From Verrucomicrobiaceae bacterium (lineage in GTDB: Bacteria > Verrucomicrobiota > Verrucomicrobiia > Verrucomicrobiales > Akkermansiaceae), in NCBI GenBank assembly GCA_027485995.1, contig JAIXPW010000047.1, forward strand, positions 1-24,000: a DNA stretch of 24,000 bases. The letters are read 5' to 3'. The translations under genes and the position numbers were made by a program. A model generated the notes under the pieces. The model saw only the letters and a program-made list of their open reading frames with translations. It was not told the DNA's origin and made no database searches. This document shows positions 15,141 to 23,883 of the stretch, piece by piece (within the stretch, counting starts at the first letter, position 1; the number at the start of each line of letters is the position of its first letter).

Positions 15141-15638
15141 ATGGACCCAGTCGTGCAAGCCCTGCCTTCACGGAGCAGCAGCTCCGACCCGATGCGCGTC
15201 GAGCCTGCAACTCTGGAGGATCTTCCCGCCCTGACCGAGCTGGTGATGGACCTTTTCGCCAAGTCGGGCGACTTCAGTCCGAACCGTTCGACCCAGGAAC
15301 GGGGCCTGAGCCTGATCCTCGAGCAGCCAAGCCGCGGCCGGATCTTCGTTCTTCGCAATGACCACCGCATCATCGGCATGGTCAACCTGCTTTTCACCAT
15401 CTCCACTGCGCGGGGCGGCTTTGTGATCCTGATGGAGGATGTCATCGTCCATCCCGATCACCGAGGCCTGGGATACGGCACGAAATTGATCGAGTATGTC
15501 GTCGAGTTCGCCCGCCAGAAGGACTTCAAGCGGATCACCCTGCTGACCGACAAGATCAGTGCAGAGTCCCAGAACTTCTTTACGAAGCATCACTTCGAAT
15601 ACTCCAGCATGATCCCGATGCGGATCAACCTCGACTGA
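15141..15638 (+). CDS. GNAT family N-acetyltransferase
   Basis: Acetyl-CoA binding motif VHPDHRGLGYGTKLIEYVVEFA. Its size is typical for a GNAT. The alternative start at 15192 (MRVEPATLEDL...) looks more GNAT-like. Confidence 0.8.
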   Translation: MDPVVQALPSRSSSSDPMRVEPATLEDLPALTELVMDLFAKSGDFSPNRSTQERGLSLILEQPSRGRIFVLRNDHRIIGMVNLLFTISTARGGFVILMEDVIVHPDHRGLGYGTKLIEYVVEFARQKDFKRITLLTDKISAESQNFFTKHHFEYSSMIPMRINLD

Positions 15639-15645
15639 ATCCGCC

Positions 15646-15906
15646 ATGGGCTGGGAGCATGTCACGGCTTCAGATGTCTTCGCCTTCGCCATGATAGCGG
15701 TCATCGGGGCCAGCTTCGGCGTGATCCTGGTGCTGTTCATTTCGATGAAGAGACATGCCGGTCGGCGCGATGACCAGGTCGATGAGCTCCTGCGCGAGAT
15801 TCATCTGGAGGAGAAGGAACTGGCACGCCCAGTGCCGAAGGCGGAGACGATTGTCCAGCCCTGGGAAAGACAGGCCGATTGGTGGAAGGACGACGAGCCA
15901 AGCTGA
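15646..15906 (+). CDS. Small single-pass membrane protein, unknown function
   Basis: 86 aa. The ATG lies 7 nt after the GNAT stop. There is one clear TM helix (VFAFAMIAVIGASFGVILVLFI) and then a highly charged tail ending WERQADWWKDDEPS. No family recognised. Confidence 0.45.
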   Translation: MGWEHVTASDVFAFAMIAVIGASFGVILVLFISMKRHAGRRDDQVDELLREIHLEEKELARPVPKAETIVQPWERQADWWKDDEPS

Positions 15907-15908
15907 AC

Positions 15909-16676
15909 TCAGCGGCTCCAGCCCTCGTGGATCAGCCTCGTCAGATGCAGCTGACTGCCGTGAGTCCCCTTCTTGAATTCGAATTCAGCCGTCACCGGGA
16001 TTCTCTGCCGACCCGTGAAATCGAGTCTGCAACCTGACGCGGGGTCGACCCTTGCAATCACGGGCTGAAGCGAGTCGCGATGCTCCACGGAAACCCAGGG
16101 ACCGTCCACCGCATCATCCGCCGAGAGTCCCTCGGGAACCTTGCTGAGATACACTCGCATCATTTGCAGCGCTGTCGGCTGCGTTTCAACCCATTCGATC
16201 CAATCCATCGTGCCATAGGCGGTGAAGCTCTCCCAATCGAGTCCAAATCCCGCGCCGTCCCAGATCATCGCAAGCGGCTGCCTCTCACCTGAAGAAAGCT
16301 TGAGATCGAAGAATACAAGCACCCTGCCCCGATCTTCCAACAGCTTCGCAGAGAGGATTTCATCCAGCATTGGCAGTGGATGCCGACGCCGGCGATGAAA
16401 GTCCATCCAGAGTGGGCCAACTCTTCCAGGATCGTGAAGCAACGCACATTTCGAGGGATCGTCGGGAGCGCTGAAATACTCCAACAGCCTTGTACGCGCC
16501 AGTTCCTCGGTAGGTGGAATTGTCGGTATCTTGACGGGAGGATCCATAGCCATGGGCTTTCGTCTGACTTGCAGCATGCCCGCCAGCCAGGAGACTCCAA
16601 ACACCAATGCAAGCAGCAGTAGGAGCCGCGAGATGAACCAGGTGAGGCGCCACCTGGAAGCACGTGACCGCTTCAT
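15909..16676 (-). CDS. N-terminally membrane-anchored hypothetical protein
   Basis: 255 aa. MKRSRASRWRLTWFISRLLLLLALVFGVSWLAGML reads as a basic region plus a TM anchor. The remainder is soluble and Trp-rich (WDGAGFGLDWESFTAYGTMDWIEWV). Its ATG overlaps the stop of the upstream metalloprotease (ATGA at 16676..16673). No family recognised. Confidence 0.6.
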   Translation of the reverse strand: MKRSRASRWRLTWFISRLLLLLALVFGVSWLAGMLQVRRKPMAMDPPVKIPTIPPTEELARTRLLEYFSAPDDPSKCALLHDPGRVGPLWMDFHRRRRHPLPMLDEILSAKLLEDRGRVLVFFDLKLSSGERQPLAMIWDGAGFGLDWESFTAYGTMDWIEWVETQPTALQMMRVYLSKVPEGLSADDAVDGPWVSVEHRDSLQPVIARVDPASGCRLDFTGRQRIPVTAEFEFKKGTHGSQLHLTRLIHEGWSR

Positions 16677-17845
16677 CCCTGGGTTCTCCGCCGACGGGTG
16701 GACGCGAAGCCCATCAACACCGCACCCCAGGCCAGCATGGGTTCCGGCACCGGAGAGATATCATAGCCGATCAAATCCAGCGCCCGCAGGTCAGCGATGC
16801 TGGGAGTGAAGATCTGCCCATAGTCGATGGTGGGATCCATCCCCCCGATCAGGGTTCCGGTTAGATTGCCATCCTTCCAATGCGATGCCTGCCGACCATC
16901 GCCGCGCTCCAATCCGGTGGACATCAGGTAGAACTCGGTTCCATCGAACAGACCAGACGCCACCCCCGGGGTGAGTTCGCGAACTCCATTGGTGAACTCC
17001 ACTTCATTGGTGGGGCGACCCACCGAGGCGAACCTGAACAGATCGAGGGTCGTGACCGAAAGGGTCGCACCGGTGAGATCCGTGCCGACCGGGACTCCAT
17101 CGGCGACGTCCGTCTGCGACAGAAAGCCCAGGGCATGGCCGATCTCGTGCAGGGCGACACTTTCGAAATCAATCGTTCCAGGTGCCGCAGTCGAGCGATC
17201 GTAGCTGAAGGCGAAGTCGCTGTTGAAATCGATCTGGGCATCAATGGTCGTGCCTACGAGTCCATCCAGGAAGGAAGTAGGCAGTCCGAGAGCCTTGGCG
17301 TTGGCCTTGGTCAGCAGGACGTTTCCACTGAAGGCGATCCCGGTCAGTGAGCGTATCGACAGATTGTCCGGCAGGGCGAAAACAATGCCATCGTCGGCCT
17401 CGTCTGCGGCATCATCCACAAGCAGCCCACCCACTCCGAGGTAGCCGCCTTGAAGATAGACGGGATTGGTTCCACCGATGACGTTCGAGTTTCCGGCACC
17501 GAAGGAATAAACATCCGCGTCGATCACGATGGTGATTTCGTCAGTGATGTAGCTCGCCCAGGTGGCGGCGGCCCGGTTGAAGGCTGCAAGGGCAGGAGCG
17601 TTGCCGGCGAGTGAGCCCCCGGATCGAGGTTGGATCACCAGATTCAGTCCACCACTGCCCAGATGGATCGGAGCGGAGGCCCCGGCAGGCTGCAAACCCG
17701 GGTCAGATCCGGAGGAATTGAGCCCAAACGGCTGGAGAAAATCCGGATCCGCCGAAGCTACGCGAATGAAAACCAGGACGATTCCCAGAATTCGTGAAAA
17801 TGGGTTGAGAGATCGCGACATCATGCGGATACGGGCCGGAATCAT
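16673..17845 (-). CDS. PEP-CTERM-anchored secreted zinc metalloprotease (HExxH; HEIGHALGF type)
   Basis: 390 aa. Signal peptide SRILGIVLVFIRVASA. HEIGHALGF zinc-binding motif, with a downstream SHWKDG. The C-terminal VPEP + hydrophobic helix + RRRR forms a PEP-CTERM sorting signal. It resembles what I recall as the LGF-type metalloprotease family that often carries PEP-CTERM. Alternative ATG starts lie at 17824 and 17821. Confidence 0.85.
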   Translation of the reverse strand: MIPARIRMMSRSLNPFSRILGIVLVFIRVASADPDFLQPFGLNSSGSDPGLQPAGASAPIHLGSGGLNLVIQPRSGGSLAGNAPALAAFNRAAATWASYITDEITIVIDADVYSFGAGNSNVIGGTNPVYLQGGYLGVGGLLVDDAADEADDGIVFALPDNLSIRSLTGIAFSGNVLLTKANAKALGLPTSFLDGLVGTTIDAQIDFNSDFAFSYDRSTAAPGTIDFESVALHEIGHALGFLSQTDVADGVPVGTDLTGATLSVTTLDLFRFASVGRPTNEVEFTNGVRELTPGVASGLFDGTEFYLMSTGLERGDGRQASHWKDGNLTGTLIGGMDPTIDYGQIFTPSIADLRALDLIGYDISPVPEPMLAWGAVLMGFASTRRRRTQG

Positions 17846-17892
17846 CCGGCTTGTCAGGCGGACCTAGAGCGGCACTGCCTCCCTCCCGGCGA

Positions 17893-18657
17893 TCATTTGG
17901 CAACCGTCACATCATCGCCGTAGAAGCTCTTGATGTAGCCGAACTCCACCAAGGTGTCCTGCCACGGGGAAATGACGTTCGGATCCTCGAACACCCGGCC
18001 CCCCATGGCCAGCCACTCCTCGGCCTTGATCAAATCGTTGTTCTTGTAGCAGAGCGCGGCGTGGGCGTAATAGTAATAAGGCGAATCATCGAGGAAATCG
18101 TATTTCTCCGCGAGAACCTCGGCCTCCTCATTCTTGCCCAGCTTGATCTTGCAGAGCAGGATTTTGAACTCCACCAAGCGGGATAGCGGCATCTGCTCTT
18201 TGGTGGTCAGTTTCTTCACGACTTTCTCGAACACATCCAGCGCCGACTGCCATTTCTTGGTCACGAAAAGAATCTCTCCGATGTTGAACTGGATGCTCGC
18301 ATCCTCCGGTGAGAGCTTCTCCGCCACCCGAAAGGCCTCCATCGCCTTTTCGAAGTCCCGGAACTCCACCGAGCAGGATCCCCGCAAATTCAGCAACTCC
18401 GGGCTGTCCTGGAAAATGACGCTGGCCTTCTCCAGCTCGTCGATGGTCTCGAAGACCCGCTTGTCACGGAACAAGCGGTCCGCCTCTACCAAGTGCTTGT
18501 TAAACTCATTGCGACGCTCCTCGGGAAGATTGAGGAAGGCCTTTTGGTTCAGCGTCAGTTGCATGGGCTTCCTTTCGGCATCTGGCGCTGGCGAATCCTG
18601 GGCGACGGCCATCAGGCAGGAACCAATGAAAACTGCGGATAAGAGGGAAATCTTCAT
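17893..18657 (-). CDS. Secreted or lipoprotein TPR-like repeat protein
   Basis: This is the internal ATG of track ORF 17893..18699. MKISLLSAVFIGSCLMAVAQ is a signal peptide, with either a possible lipobox IGSC or an AVA|QD cleavage site. The body shows repeated TPR-like helical pairs (FEKAMEAFRVAEKLSPEDASIQFNIGEILF, WQSALDVFEKVV, YYYYAHAALCYKNNDLIKAEEWL). Three rows I hand-counted gave about 50%, 52% and 62% G+C, so on average it is somewhat lower than its neighbours. Confidence 0.7.
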   Translation of the reverse strand: MKISLLSAVFIGSCLMAVAQDSPAPDAERKPMQLTLNQKAFLNLPEERRNEFNKHLVEADRLFRDKRVFETIDELEKASVIFQDSPELLNLRGSCSVEFRDFEKAMEAFRVAEKLSPEDASIQFNIGEILFVTKKWQSALDVFEKVVKKLTTKEQMPLSRLVEFKILLCKIKLGKNEEAEVLAEKYDFLDDSPYYYYAHAALCYKNNDLIKAEEWLAMGGRVFEDPNVISPWQDTLVEFGYIKSFYGDDVTVAK

Positions 18658-18709
18658 GACGATGATTCGGACTCTACCCGAGAAATTCTCAGGACGCAAG
18701 CCACGGTTC

Positions 18710-19288
18710 TCAAAGGTAGAGTCCCCGCCCCGCCAGATAGTCGGCCACCTCTGGATTCATCCAATCGCTGATCATCCGACCTCGTCGGACGGCCTCGCGG
18801 ACCGCCGTGGCCGAGGCCGGATGATCACCGGGCACGACCTGCATCCGGTATCCCTCCCTCATTTGCGGAGCTTCCCCTCCCCTCGCCAGCACGAGGAAGG
18901 TCACCACCGCCGCCAGACGCTCGGGGTGCTTCCACCGTGGCAGCGCGTTCCATTGATCGCCTCCCATCAGCCAGAACCACTCCGTTTCAGGCTCTCTCGC
19001 GGAAAGGACCTCCGCCGTGAGATAGGAAAATGAGGGCTCAGGGCCGGTCAGCTCGTAATTCTCGACCTTCGCCCATGACAGATCCTCCGTCGCCAACCGC
19101 AGCATTTCCAACCGGTCCTCTGGCTGGGCGGTCGCGTGGCCGATCTTGTGCGGGGAAATCCGGCACGGCATGAAACGCACTTCATCGAGATCCGCCGCCT
19201 CCTTCGCCAATCGCGCCATGTGGACATGACCAAGATGGACCGGATCAAAGGTCCCGCCGAAGAGGGCGATGCGCTTTTTCTCAGACAT
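18710..19288 (-). CDS. nadD: Nicotinate-nucleotide adenylyltransferase
   Basis: Contains FGGTFDPVHLGH (HxGH motif) and SATAVREAV (ISSTxxR-like motif). It is about 193 aa from the ATG at 19288. The track start at 19306 is GTG. The gene overlaps the 3' end of the upstream regulator by 8 nt (26 nt with the GTG start). Confidence 0.85.
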   Translation of the reverse strand: MSEKKRIALFGGTFDPVHLGHVHMARLAKEAADLDEVRFMPCRISPHKIGHATAQPEDRLEMLRLATEDLSWAKVENYELTGPEPSFSYLTAEVLSAREPETEWFWLMGGDQWNALPRWKHPERLAAVVTFLVLARGGEAPQMREGYRMQVVPGDHPASATAVREAVRRGRMISDWMNPEVADYLAGRGLYL

Positions 19289-20045
19289 GGCGTCGGGTGT
19301 GTTCACGATACGCCGCCGGCGGCATGCCGACCGTGGCGCGGAATTGTCGGGTGAAGGCGGTCTGGTCGCCGTAACCGCAGGCCAGCGCGATCTCCGCCAC
19401 CGGGGTCGAGGTGGTGGTCAGCCACTCCGCCGCCACGCCGATCCGCGCTTTGCGGATGAACTGCGAGGTGGTGAGCATGAAAACTTTCCGCATCCGGCGA
19501 TCGAGCTGGGCTGGGGAAAGTTTCGCCTTCGCCGCGAGATCGGCGGGCCGCAGGTCTTCGTCGAGGTGCTTCTGGATGAAAGCCACCGTCCGCGCCACGC
19601 CCGCGAACTCGGTGTCCGATTCACTCGGCTCACCGAGATCCCGGGAGATCGACGCCAGCCCAACCACCCTTCCCTTCGCGTCGTGCAGCGGCACCTTCGT
19701 GGCCAGATACCAGCCGAGCGTGCCGTTGCGATTCGTCACCAGCTCCAGCCGGTCCGCCAGCTCGCGCCCCGACTCCAGCACCTGCAGGTCCTGCTCGCGA
19801 TACGCCGCCGCCAGGTGCTCCGGGAAAAACTCATCCGCCACCCGGCCTAACAGCTTTCGGGGATGATCAATGCCGAGCCGCTCCGCAAAGGCCTGGTTCG
19901 CCGCGCGATACCGCCGCTCACGATCCTTCAGGCAGAACACCACGTCCGGCAGGTGCGCGAACAGCCGCTCGCAAAACCGCGGCGAGGCGAGCTGATCCAG
20001 GAAGTCATCATCGGCGGACACGGCGGATTCTTTGCCGCAACGCAT
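19281..20045 (-). CDS. PAS-domain AraC/XylS-family transcriptional regulator
   Basis: The N-terminal part is PAS-like (VVFCLKDRERRYRAANQAFAERLG...GTLGWYLATKVPLHDAKGRVVGLASISRDL). The C-terminal part carries an AraC HTH signature (AEIALACGYGDQTAFTRQFRATVGMPPAAYR). The track start at 20069 is TTG; I prefer the ATG at 20045 (MRCGKES...). Confidence 0.85.
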   Translation of the reverse strand: MRCGKESAVSADDDFLDQLASPRFCERLFAHLPDVVFCLKDRERRYRAANQAFAERLGIDHPRKLLGRVADEFFPEHLAAAYREQDLQVLESGRELADRLELVTNRNGTLGWYLATKVPLHDAKGRVVGLASISRDLGEPSESDTEFAGVARTVAFIQKHLDEDLRPADLAAKAKLSPAQLDRRMRKVFMLTTSQFIRKARIGVAAEWLTTTSTPVAEIALACGYGDQTAFTRQFRATVGMPPAAYREHTRRHV

Positions 20046-20092
20046 GGGACTTTCATGCGGATCGGTCAAGACAGCGGTGCGATGCTCTGATC

Positions 20093-23000
20093 ATGACGCT
20101 TTCCTCCATCCAGCATCGTCTCGACCAGATCCGCCGGAACCCGATCAGCGATGAGGCGCTTGTCGATGAAGCCATCGCCCTCGCCGCCGACCTGCTCAAA
20201 GCCGCGCAGTCCGAAGAGCGCTCCGGCGAGCGTCGCCAGGCGAAGCAGATGGCCCGGATGATGAACGACCCTGCCGGCAAGGCCTTCACCCTGGCGATGG
20301 CCGACCAGGTGTTCCGCCCGCCGACGCATGCACGCTCCGCCTCGCAGTTCCGACACCTCGTCGAGGGCTATGGCGTGCCAGACTACCTTTCCCTGCCGGA
20401 AAAAATCGCCATGCGCGCTGGAGCCGCAGCCTCGGCCTTCGCGCCCGAGATCGTGATCCCGGCCATCACCGGCGCGATGCGTTCGCAGAGTTCCTCGGTC
20501 ATCCTGCCCGCCGAGGATGCGAAGCTAAAACCCCTCCTCGCCCGCCGCAAGAAGGCCGGCATGCGGATGAACCTCAACCAACTCGGCGAGGCGATCCTTG
20601 GCGAACACGAGGCCGAACACCGCATCCAGGCCGTGATTGCCCGACTCGAATCGCCCGACTGCGATTACCTCTCGGTCAAGATCTCGGCGATCTTCAGCCA
20701 GATCCATCTCGTCGGCGAAACCGAAACCCTCGCACGCATCACCGACCGACTCCGCCAGCTTTACCGCGTCGCGATGAAGAACCCGGTCAACGGTCGGCCG
20801 AAGTTCGTGAACCTCGACATGGAGGAATACCGCGACCTTCATCTGACCTGCGATGCTTTTCGCGAAGTACTAGACGAACCGGAGTTCATGCAGCTTGAGG
20901 CGGGCATCGTGCTCCAGGCCTACCTGCCCGACTCCTGGCCGGTGCAGAAGGACCTCATCGCCTGGGCCAAGGAACGCGTCGCCCGTGGTGGGGCCGGGAT
21001 CAAGATCCGCATCGTGAAGGGCGCGAACCTTGCCATGGAAAGCGTCGAGGCCGAACTCCACGACTGGCCGCTCGCGCCCTACGGATCAAAGGAGGAGGTC
21101 GATGCCAACTTCAAGCGCATGGTCCATGAGGCCTGCGTTCCCGGTAACGCCGCAGTCGTCCGCCATGGCGTGGCCAGCCACAACCTTTTCGACATCGCCT
21201 ACACCCTGCTGCTGCGGGCCCGTGAACGCGTCGATGCAAGAGTCGAGTTCGAGATGCTCGAAGGCATGGCCAACCATCAGGCCCGCGTCGTGAATGAAAG
21301 CGCTGGTGGCCTCCTGCTCTACGCGCCGGTCGTGAACCGCGACGATTTCCACAGCGCCATCGCGTATCTGGTCCGACGCCTCGACGAGAACACCTCCGAG
21401 GAAAACTTCCTCCGCGATCTCTTCGGGATGAAGCCCGGCGATGCCGCCTGGAAACGCCAGGAGGAACGCTTCCGCCGCGCCTGTGCCCGCAAGGACAGCG
21501 TGCTCGCCGGACCGAAGCGCCTTCAGGATCGCAGCCGCGAAACCGTGGTCGCCCTGCCGCTCGACGCCCCTTTCCACAACGAGGCCGACACCGACTTTTC
21601 CCTGCCCGCCAACCGCAAGTGGGCGCGTGAATTGATCGAAGCGAAACGCTCCACTCCCATCGCCGACATCCCGCTGGTGATCGACGGTCGTGAGGAAATG
21701 ACGCAGCACATGGAAACCGGCTTCGACCCGTCGCGTCCCGGTGTCAAAGCCTACCGCCACTCACTTGCCGGACCGCAGGAAATCGAACGCGCGCTGCAAG
21801 CCGCCGTCTCTGCCCGCGCCTCCTGGAAAGCCCTCGGCTTCGAAGGTCGCGGCGTGCTCGTCAGGGAAGTCGCCGCTGAGATCGAGCGCACTCGCGGCGA
21901 AGCCATTGCCACGATGTTGCTCGATGCCGGCAAGGCCGTTTCCGAAGCGGATGTCGAGATCACCGAGGCGATCGACTTCGCCAACTACTACACTCGTCGT
22001 TTTTCCGACGATGGCGCGGTCTTCGAGCCCTTCGGCACGGTGCTCGTTACCCCGCCGTGGAATTTCCCCTTCGCCATCCCCTGCGGCAGCATCCTCGCCG
22101 CGCTGATCGGCGGCAACACCGTCATCCTCAAGCCTGCGCCGGAAACCGTGCTCACGGCCTGGGTGCTGGTGAACTGCCTGTGGCGCGCCGGGATTCCCAA
22201 GGACGTCCTCCAGTTTGTCCCCTGCCCCGACAATGAAATCGGTCGCTCGCTCGTCACCGACGACCGCATCGGCGCGGTGGTTCTAACAGGTGCCTACGAG
22301 ACCGCCCGGATGTTCCTCGACTGGAAGCCATCGTTGCGACTCTTCGCCGAAACCAGCGGCAAGAACTCGCTCATCATCACCGCCGCCGCCGATCCCGACC
22401 AGGCGATCAAGGATCTCGTCAAAAGCGCTTTCGGCCATGCCGGTCAGAAATGCTCCGCCGCCTCGCTCGCGATCGTCGAGGCCGAGGTTTACGACAGCCC
22501 GGGCTTCCGCCGACAGCTCAAGGACGCCGCGCAATCGCTCCGTGTTTCCGGACCGTGGAACCTAGACGCCATTGTCACCCCGATCATCCGCGAAGCCGGC
22601 GAATCCTTGCACCGCGCTCTAACAACTCTGGATCCCGGCGAGGAATGGTTGCTCGAACCAAAGATGATCGATGGCAATCCCTGCCTGTGGTCGCCCGGCA
22701 TCAAACTCGGCGTGAAACCGGACAGCTGGTATCGCCGCACCGAATGCTTCGGCCCGGTCCTCGGGCTGGTGAAGGCCAACGATTGCCAACACGCCCTCAG
22801 GATCCAGAACGACTCGCAGTTTGGTCTAACAGGCGGGATCCACTCGCTCGACGACCGCGAGATCGCGATCTGGCGCGAGCAGGTCGAGGTCGGCAACGCC
22901 TACATCAACCGGCCGATCACCGGAGCCATCGTCCAACGCCAACCCTTCGGCGGCTGGAAGCGTTCCTGCTTCGGCCCGGGCGCGAAGGCCGGTGGCCCGA

Positions 23001-23632
23001 ACTACTGCCAGCTCTTCGGAACCTGGACGAATGTCGGCCTGCCCACCGAGCGAGCCGAGCCGACTTCCAGCAGCCTCGAACTGCTGATGAAACTGGTCGC
23101 CCTCCTCCCCGAATCCCGCGACCGCCTGGTCGCCGCTGCCGGCAGCGATGCCTTCTGGAACGAACGGGAGTTCTCGATCGAACACGACCCCAGCGGCCTG
23201 CGTTTCGAGTCGAATGATTTCCGCTACCGACGTTTCCCGCGCGGCCTGGTCCGTGTGGAAAACTCGCTGGCCGACGAGGACCTCGCCCGACTTCTCCTCA
23301 CCGCCCAGGCCATGAACCTGCCGGTTTCCCTCTCACTCGAAAGCCCACGCTCATGGCTCAGCGGGCTTGGGTTTGAATCGATCACCGAATCCTCGGAAGG
23401 CCTGATCCATCGTCTTCCTTCCATCGCCTCACACTTCGGCGTCCTCCGCGCTCCGCACGGCGAAACCGCCCTGAAATCGGCTGCCATCGCCAACGGTCTG
23501 CGCTGGGCCGACGGACCTGTTCTCACAAACGCCCGACTCGAATGGCCGGCCTGGCTTCGTGAGCAATCGATCTCGGAAACCCGTCATCGATACGGAAACC
23601 TCTTGCCCAATCCGTTAGAATTGATCAAATAA
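20093..23632 (+). CDS. putA: Bifunctional proline dehydrogenase / L-glutamate gamma-semialdehyde (P5C) dehydrogenase
   Basis: 1179 aa. The N-terminal half is proline-dehydrogenase-like. The ALDH half has ETSGKN (catalytic Glu region) and GQKCSAAS (catalytic Cys). A C-terminal extension of about 190 aa matches long PutA forms. No obvious N-terminal ribbon-helix-helix domain. Confidence 0.95.
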   Translation: MTLSSIQHRLDQIRRNPISDEALVDEAIALAADLLKAAQSEERSGERRQAKQMARMMNDPAGKAFTLAMADQVFRPPTHARSASQFRHLVEGYGVPDYLSLPEKIAMRAGAAASAFAPEIVIPAITGAMRSQSSSVILPAEDAKLKPLLARRKKAGMRMNLNQLGEAILGEHEAEHRIQAVIARLESPDCDYLSVKISAIFSQIHLVGETETLARITDRLRQLYRVAMKNPVNGRPKFVNLDMEEYRDLHLTCDAFREVLDEPEFMQLEAGIVLQAYLPDSWPVQKDLIAWAKERVARGGAGIKIRIVKGANLAMESVEAELHDWPLAPYGSKEEVDANFKRMVHEACVPGNAAVVRHGVASHNLFDIAYTLLLRARERVDARVEFEMLEGMANHQARVVNESAGGLLLYAPVVNRDDFHSAIAYLVRRLDENTSEENFLRDLFGMKPGDAAWKRQEERFRRACARKDSVLAGPKRLQDRSRETVVALPLDAPFHNEADTDFSLPANRKWARELIEAKRSTPIADIPLVIDGREEMTQHMETGFDPSRPGVKAYRHSLAGPQEIERALQAAVSARASWKALGFEGRGVLVREVAAEIERTRGEAIATMLLDAGKAVSEADVEITEAIDFANYYTRRFSDDGAVFEPFGTVLVTPPWNFPFAIPCGSILAALIGGNTVILKPAPETVLTAWVLVNCLWRAGIPKDVLQFVPCPDNEIGRSLVTDDRIGAVVLTGAYETARMFLDWKPSLRLFAETSGKNSLIITAAADPDQAIKDLVKSAFGHAGQKCSAASLAIVEAEVYDSPGFRRQLKDAAQSLRVSGPWNLDAIVTPIIREAGESLHRALTTLDPGEEWLLEPKMIDGNPCLWSPGIKLGVKPDSWYRRTECFGPVLGLVKANDCQHALRIQNDSQFGLTGGIHSLDDREIAIWREQVEVGNAYINRPITGAIVQRQPFGGWKRSCFGPGAKAGGPNYCQLFGTWTNVGLPTERAEPTSSSLELLMKLVALLPESRDRLVAAAGSDAFWNEREFSIEHDPSGLRFESNDFRYRRFPRGLVRVENSLADEDLARLLLTAQAMNLPVSLSLESPRSWLSGLGFESITESSEGLIHRLPSIASHFGVLRAPHGETALKSAAIANGLRWADGPVLTNARLEWPAWLREQSISETRHRYGNLLPNPLELIK

Positions 23633-23637
23633 CATGT

Positions 23638-23706
23638 GCTCTTGCCACGTGCGGTCGCCGGGATATCCGGGGGGAGACCTCGGTGGCCCCGTGGCAAGGG
23701 CATTTT
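23638..23706 (+). terminator. Putative putA terminator: long composite hairpin followed by a T-run
   Basis: GCTCTTGCCACG (23638..23649) pairs with CGTGGCAAGGGC (23690..23701), giving a 12-bp stem with one G-U. It encloses a 40-nt GC-rich interior that contains CCGG-GATAT-CCGG. ATTTTGAG follows (T-run 23703..23706). It starts 6 nt after the putA stop. Confidence 0.45.
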
Positions 23707-23715
23707 GAGTCAGGA

Positions 23716-23735
23716 ACGGGCTGGCTCCAGCCCGT
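23716..23735. repeat. Near-perfect 20-nt palindromic hairpin ACGGGCTGG-CT-CCAGCCCGT
   Basis: Read directly: 9-nt arms that are exact reverse complements, effectively an 8-bp stem with a 4-nt loop. No T-tract on either side. Confidence 0.6.
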
Positions 23736-23883
23736 GCATGAGCAACCCAAAGGATGTGGGTCTTGCGTGCGTCCTTGGATCTCTACGAATTCCTCAAGAA
23801 GGCTGGAAGGCAATCAAGTTTGCACCGCTCCCTTCGTGTCGAGTTTCGGATTGTTGATCCTGAACCGGAGTGGCCTCGGGTCG

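Noticed and set aside
21086-21760. 224-aa minus-strand ORF antisense to putA
   Set aside because: Shadow ORF inside putA, with no motifs.
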